Positions 35,746 to 40,000 of a stretch of 40,000 nt of DNA are shown here, piece by piece. This stretch comes from Microcoleus vaginatus GB1-A2. Its GTDB lineage: Bacteria > Cyanobacteriota > Cyanobacteriia > Cyanobacteriales > Microcoleaceae. The position numbers were made by a program, and so were the translations under genes. The notes below the pieces were generated by a model. It saw nothing but the letters and a program-made list of their open reading frames with translations, made no database searches and was not told the DNA's origin. Position 1 is the first letter of the stretch. The number at the start of each line of letters is the position of its first letter. The DNA is taken from assembly GCA_040004015.1 (NCBI GenBank), contig JAMPKS010000007.1, forward strand, positions 79,756-119,755, written 5' to 3'.

Positions 35746-36321
35746 CTATCGGCCTATATTCCGCTTCATGCGATCGAGTTCTTCGTCTGCTTCCCAGCGT
35801 TGAAACTTTTCTTCTAAAGGATCGGCCGCATTAAAACTGTTATAATTTGAACTCTGATTCCAACCCTTTGTATCCCAATTTGGCTCTGTTTTAGTGGTAG
35901 TGCGAGTTGCAGCTTCTGCCGCTTTTGCTCGGACTTCTTTGCGACGCATTTGAATTTGGCGGTACAGTTCTTTGGCTTTTTCAATCCGTTCTTTGCAGCC
36001 TTGCATTTGCCCCCAGCGCTGATTTCCCTGACGCAGCAAAGTTGCTTGTCGCTCTTGGGCTGCTTGAGCTAAATCGAGCCTTTGAGCCGCTTTAGCTTTG
36101 TTGATTCGATCGTTCCAGCGCTGAATTTCTTGGGCGGCGGAGAGAATTTCTGCTTGGAGTTGTTTCTCTTGTTTCTGGATATCGAGAATCAGTCGCAGAG
36201 TGTCTTCTTCTTGTTCCTTCAGTTGTTCTTCTATTGCCTGCAATTCCAGATGGGGATTGCTGCGCAAAAATTCTTCTAATCTGGTTTCTAGAAAGCTGCT
36301 GACATCATCAAATAAGCCCAT
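35746..36321 (-). CDS. Conserved cyanobacterial coiled-coil protein (PspA-like heptads; resembles the family annotated as TIGR04376)
   Basis: The sequence begins MGLFDDVSSFLETRLEEFLRSNPHLELQAIEEQLKEQEEDTLRL and is followed by a long charged helical region. The family name comes from memory, not from a search. Confidence 0.6.
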   Translation of the reverse strand: MGLFDDVSSFLETRLEEFLRSNPHLELQAIEEQLKEQEEDTLRLILDIQKQEKQLQAEILSAAQEIQRWNDRINKAKAAQRLDLAQAAQERQATLLRQGNQRWGQMQGCKERIEKAKELYRQIQMRRKEVRAKAAEAATRTTTKTEPNWDTKGWNQSSNYNSFNAADPLEEKFQRWEADEELDRMKRNIGR

Positions 36322-36345
36322 TTTTTATAATTCCTCAGTCCTTAA

Positions 36346-36436
36346 TCATAGGTCATTAGTCATTGGTCATTAGTTATTAGTCATTGGTGCTTAGTCACTG
36401 GCGATCGATCATCGGTCATTACTTGTTAGTTATAGC
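36346..36436. repeat. STRR heptamer array (TCATTAG/TCATTGG, about 13 units)
   Basis: The units read TCATAGG TCATTAG TCATTGG TCATTAG TTATTAG TCATTGG TGCTTAG TCACTGG and continue in the same pattern. Confidence 0.9.
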
Positions 36437-36585
36437 AGAAGAAAGTTCGGCAACGGATTGTGGAACCGATTTAACCGATAGAAGGAAGAAGCAATAAGAG
36501 CTAGGTTTTCAGCAATTAAGAACGTCTTGCCGGTTGCTATATTATAACTGTTGTCACCGCTCGTGAGGTACAGCCTCGTAATTGC

Positions 36586-36660
36586 CCATTACCTATTACC
36601 TATTACCTAACTCATAACTAATGACTGATAACTAATGACTAATGACTGATGACTGATTAG
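36586..36660. repeat. STRR heptamer array in the opposite orientation (CTATTAC / ATGACTG / ATAACTA, about 10 units)
   Basis: The units read CCATTAC CTATTAC CTATTAC CTAACTC ATAACTA ATGACTG ATAACTA ATGACTA ATGACTG ATGACTG. The TAATGAC core is the reverse complement of the GTCATTA core at 36346-36436. The array overlaps the stop of the upstream gene. Confidence 0.9.
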
Positions 36661-37985
36661 AACTTTTGTCCCACAAAAACCGATCGCACATCTCCTCCCT
36701 TGCGGATAACGGCTTCTTGATTTTTGATTTCTGCCAGCGTCCAACCGCTAGCGCCAATGCTTTCGCCCACATAAATTCTGCGGGCTACGCCGTCTACTTC
36801 AAACAAAGCAGCCGATCGGTCGCCCAATTCCAAAATCCCTACCAGCGTGTGGGCGGAAGTCGGGGCGCTGCTGACGGCCGGTGCCGATTGCTCGGGCGCG
36901 GGCGCGGATTGCTGGGCTGCTGCTGCAGCAGGCGCTGGTGCCGGTTCGGTTTCGCGAGCCAAAATCTTCGGCTGTGGAGACTCCGAGGGGGAAGGGGAAG
37001 CGGCGAGGGGAGTTCGAGTGCCGGCGGCGGCGATCGCTCGACCGGAGGCTGGAGCCGCCGGCGAGGGCGAAACTGCGGCGGTTTGAGGAGCCGCCGGAGC
37101 CGCCGGAGCAGCAGCTACCGGAGCCGCCGGAGCAGCAGCTACCGGAGCAGCCGGAGCCACAACTACCGGAGCAGCCGGAGCCACAGTCACCTGAGCGGGG
37201 GGAGGGATGACTACGATTTGGGGTGCAGGTGCTCCCGGTTGCGCGCCGACTTGTTCTAGGGCATCAGCGATGCGGTTGACTGCTGTCGAAAGACCTGCGG
37301 TTGCCGGCGGCGCGCCGGAAATTGAAATGCTCGGCAGCGTCCCTGGAGTGGCAACTCCGGGAACTCCTGCAAGTTGCGGGTTGGCCTGGGGTGCTTTTTT
37401 TTGTTCGATCGCTTCTAGCGAACGCTGCACGTATTCGACAAACGGGGTGTCTGGTGCTGTTTTGCCACTTGCTACGGGCCTCTCTGGTGCGGAGGCGGCG
37501 GGCAAGCGCACCAGTCCCGACCGGCTTGCCAGCCACAAGCCCATGACTAGCAGCAGCGACCCAAATGCTGCTCCGAGCAACATTCTGTCAAATGATTGTT
37601 TCGACTGCTGTTTTTTGGTTGTTTCTAGGGCGACTTGGCGGGCGATCGCTTCTACGTCTTTTTCTGCTCGCTGCGGCGGGGGCGCCAACGGCGACAAAAC
37701 TATTTGAGGTACCGAGATCGACTTGAGCGCCACGAATTCTGGCGCTACCGGCTCGGCTGGCAGCCCGCCACTGCCGTCGAATGCTTGATCGACTCCTTCA
37801 AACAGTTCGTCCATCAACCGATCGGCGTAGGACTCTACTGCCACTGCTTCGGCTGGCACTGTTTCCACCGTCGCCATCACGGCGATCGGATCTGACGCTG
37901 ATTCCAAAGACATCTGTTTGGCGATTACTTTTTGAGGCATAGTTTTGTGTTTGCTCCCGCTCCTCGACAACCCTGAGATTCTCAA
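36657..37985 (-). CDS. Pro/Ala-rich membrane-anchored protein with a small C-terminal beta-rich domain (PilP/GspC-like by eye)
   Basis: It has one TM segment (LLGAAFGSLLLVMGLWLA), a long PAAPV low-complexity region, and the C-terminus LVGILELGDRSAALFEVDGVARRIYVGESIGASGWTLAEIKNQEAVIRKGGDVRSVFVGQKF. The antisense ORFs are composition artefacts. Confidence 0.65.
   Translation of the reverse strand: MRISGLSRSGSKHKTMPQKVIAKQMSLESASDPIAVMATVETVPAEAVAVESYADRLMDELFEGVDQAFDGSGGLPAEPVAPEFVALKSISVPQIVLSPLAPPPQRAEKDVEAIARQVALETTKKQQSKQSFDRMLLGAAFGSLLLVMGLWLASRSGLVRLPAASAPERPVASGKTAPDTPFVEYVQRSLEAIEQKKAPQANPQLAGVPGVATPGTLPSISISGAPPATAGLSTAVNRIADALEQVGAQPGAPAPQIVVIPPPAQVTVAPAAPVVVAPAAPVAAAPAAPVAAAPAAPAAPQTAAVSPSPAAPASGRAIAAAGTRTPLAASPSPSESPQPKILARETEPAPAPAAAAAQQSAPAPEQSAPAVSSAPTSAHTLVGILELGDRSAALFEVDGVARRIYVGESIGASGWTLAEIKNQEAVIRKGGDVRSVFVGQKF
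37096..37191. repeat. Four tandem 24-bp units (two subtypes) inside the Pro/Ala-rich gene
   Basis: GGAGCCGCCGGAGCAGCAGCTACC occurs twice, followed by GGAGCAGCCGGAGCCACAACTACC and GGAGCAGCCGGAGCCACAGTCACC. These encode the 8-aa repeats (AAPAAPVA). Confidence 0.9.
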
Positions 37986-38574
37986 CTTCAGACTTCTACA
38001 GGATACTTGTGATGTTGACCAATTCTTGGCTCAGAACAGGTCAATTGTATCTCACTCATCACCATATTTTTAGTCCTCGGCCAACTTACTTTGCCCGATC
38101 GACTTTTGTTTTACCTGTTTTGGGCCTTTTCGCCCCTGTTTTCTGCTGCCAGTCTTATTTGCTTACCCTGACTTTTACTGCATATTCTACTGCTTTTGTC
38201 AACCCCACCCTCCGGGGCTTCGCTGTTTTTGACACACAGCTTTACTTGAGGCTCTCGCAAAAAAAGCGGGTTTTTTGTCGCTGTTTCCGATCGCCTTGCA
38301 GCTTTAACAAGGATTTCAGACTTTTAACCGTCTTAAATTTGTTTGTCAGTTTGCTTGACAGTAGTAACAGACGACCCATTTTATAACTTTAATAGTAGCA
38401 TAGCTTCATCACAATTAGGTGATAAATTGTCAAAGGTTGCCAAATTGTCGGCTAAATAAGCATTATTCCTAATATTTTTTTACCAGACTATTTGTAATAT
38501 AAAAAGAAAAAAACTCTTGAAATTTGTCAATATATATTCGTTTCAGCATGAGATTTTTTCAGTCATAATTCCTC

Positions 38575-38602
38575 TAGCTCCTGTCATTGTGAGCAGGAGC
38601 TA
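38575..38602 (-). terminator. Hairpin just downstream of the ABC-F gene stop (TAGCTCCTG-N10-CAGGAGCTA)
   Basis: A 9-bp perfect stem lies 25 nt after the stop at 38627. No clear U-tract follows. Confidence 0.35.
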
Positions 38603-38626
38603 AACACAACTCTCGGACAACCCAAA

Positions 38627-40000
38627 TTAACCCACCCGTTCCGCCAATTCCAACCAGCGCTCAGTCGCATGATCGATCTGCTGCGTCAACTGAGCCAAAC
38701 GATCCGATAACTTCTTCACCTCCGCAAATCCGCTCGGAGCATTGTTAGACAACCTCTTCTCAATCTCTTGTTTCTCAGCTTCCATCTTCGGAATTTGACT
38801 TTCTAATTGTTCGTATTCCCGCTTATCATTGAAGGAAACTTTGGTGGAGCTTTGAGTGGAATTCTTGGATTTTGAATTATTAGATTCAGCCGTGCGTGTA
38901 AGTTTTTCTTTTTCTTTTTGCCCTTTGATTTCCTTGGCTTCTTCGGCTTTCTTGTAGTCTAAATACACCGAATAATTACCGGGATACAAACGCAAATTGC
39001 CGCCCGGTTCCAAAGCGAAAACCATGTCGATCGTGCGATCGAGAAAATAGCGATCGTGGGACACCACAATCACGCAGCCGTTAAAATCTTCGAGATAATC
39101 CTCCAAAACCGCCAAAGTCTGCACGTCCAGGTCGTTTGTCGGCTCGTCCAAAATCAGCACGTTCGGCGCACTCATCAGCACTTTCAAGAGAAATAATCGG
39201 CGCTTTTCCCCGCCAGAAAGTTTGTTAATCGGTGCATACTGTTGGTTGGGTGGAAACAGAAACTTTTCCAACATTTGAGAAGCGGTAATGATTTCCCCAT
39301 CCGCCGTTTGCACCAACTCCGCCACACTTTTCAAGTATTCAATAACTCGCTGGTCTTCATTGGGCGTCAAATCCTCTGAATGCTGGTCAAAATAACCAAT
39401 ATGAATGGTTGTCCCAATTTCGACAGTACCCGAATCCGGCTGAATGCGTCCGGTGATGATATCCATCAGGGTCGATTTTCCCGCACCGTTGCAGCCAATA
39501 ATTCCAATCCGGTCTTCGGGAGTGAAATTGTAGGTAAAATCTTTAATTAAAGTGCGATCGCCGTAAGCTTTATTGATATGCAATAACTCAATCACCTTCT
39601 TACCAATCCGGCGGCCCGCTGTGGCAATCTCGACTTTGCCGTTGGCTGTTTTGAATTCCTCTGCTCGCATATCTTTAATGCGATCGATCCGGGCTTTTTG
39701 CTTCGTACTGCGCGCCTTCGGCCCCTTCTTGAGCCATTCCAACTCGCGCCGCAATACTCCCGAGAATTTGCGCTGAGTGCTGGCGGCCGATTCTTCAGCT
39801 AGGGCTTTTTTCTCCAAGTAATAAGCGTAATTCCCAGCATAATTGTAAAGGTCGCCGCGATCGATCTCCAGGATGCGATTGGTAACGCGATCGAGAAAAT
39901 AGCGATCGTGCGTAATCAGCAGCAAAGCACCGCGATAGCCGTTCAAATAGTTCTGCAACCACTCCACAGACAGCGCATCCAAGTGGTTTGTCGGTTCATC
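38627..40000 (-). CDS. ABC-F family ATPase (Uup/EttA-like); the N-terminal part runs off the right edge
   Basis: It shows the end of the first ABC domain (LLLITHDRYFLDRV), an inter-domain linker, and a second domain with Walker A (GCNGAGKST), signature (LSGGEKRR) and Walker B (ILILDEPTNDLD), plus a C-terminal coiled coil. The reading frame stays open to position 40000. Confidence 0.85.
   Translation of the reverse strand, partial: DEPTNHLDALSVEWLQNYLNGYRGALLLITHDRYFLDRVTNRILEIDRGDLYNYAGNYAYYLEKKALAEESAASTQRKFSGVLRRELEWLKKGPKARSTKQKARIDRIKDMRAEEFKTANGKVEIATAGRRIGKKVIELLHINKAYGDRTLIKDFTYNFTPEDRIGIIGCNGAGKSTLMDIITGRIQPDSGTVEIGTTIHIGYFDQHSEDLTPNEDQRVIEYLKSVAELVQTADGEIITASQMLEKFLFPPNQQYAPINKLSGGEKRRLFLLKVLMSAPNVLILDEPTNDLDVQTLAVLEDYLEDFNGCVIVVSHDRYFLDRTIDMVFALEPGGNLRLYPGNYSVYLDYKKAEEAKEIKGQKEKEKLTRTAESNNSKSKNSTQSSTKVSFNDKREYEQLESQIPKMEAEKQEIEKRLSNNAPSGFAEVKKLSDRLAQLTQQIDHATERWLELAERVG

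Noticed and set aside
36666-37895. Several + strand ORFs (197, 79, 109, 166, 81 and 86 aa) opposite the Pro/Ala-rich gene
   Set aside because: They are Arg/Gly/Ser-rich mirror-frame artefacts of the GC-rich PAAPV repeats. The minus-strand ORF has a TM segment and a structured C-terminal domain.
38009-38386. 125-aa + strand ORF in the large intergenic region
   Set aside because: It is a Leu/Phe/Ser/Thr-rich low-complexity translation of a pyrimidine-rich strand, with no RBS and no motif. It is convergent with nothing and probably non-coding.
1-40000. tRNA, rRNA or tmRNA genes
   Set aside because: A scan by eye for T-loop (GGTTCGAATCC-like) and other conserved RNA signatures found nothing convincing. 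A dedicated tool (tRNAscan-SE or Infernal) would be needed to exclude them formally.

Overview
This is a cyanobacterial chromosomal segment. It has dense HIP1 GCGATCGC palindromes and heptameric STRR arrays, and its gene content resembles filamentous Oscillatoriales, though the taxon cannot be proven from the sequence alone. Housekeeping genes (MFS transporter, cbiD, guaA, CDF transporter, rhodanese, mtnA, ABC-F ATPase) surround an accessory core of about 23 kb (8.2-31.3 kb) with four notable parts. (1) An apparently intact IscB (OMEGA-type RuvC/HNH RNA-guided nuclease) sits behind a 274-nt structured non-coding leader that is a candidate omega-RNA. No TnpA is present, and a decayed second copy of the same element lies at 4.6-4.9 kb. 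(2) An envelope gene cluster encodes a TpsA/filamentous-haemagglutinin-like beta-helix exoprotein, two signal-peptide TPR-CHAT proteases and a fasciclin protein. (3) A tightly coupled type III-A-like CRISPR-Cas operon (csx3-cas10-csm2-csm3-csm4-csm5-cas6-csx1) has a Cas10 that lacks recognisable HD motifs but keeps GGDD. A WYL regulator gene is transcribed divergently from it. No CRISPR array or cas1/cas2 occurs anywhere in the window. (4) Two paralogous restriction-endonuclease-fold (HsdR_N-like) genes in inverted orientation bracket parts 1 and 2. The window also holds a frameshifted IS630 element with TA duplications, a GNAT pseudogene split by a small insertion, a Uma2 gene remnant, an in-frame polypurine insertion in cbiD, homopolymer tracts in one CHAT gene, and several unexplained repeat structures. 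All functional calls rest on motif recognition by eye in the supplied translations; no database search was possible.
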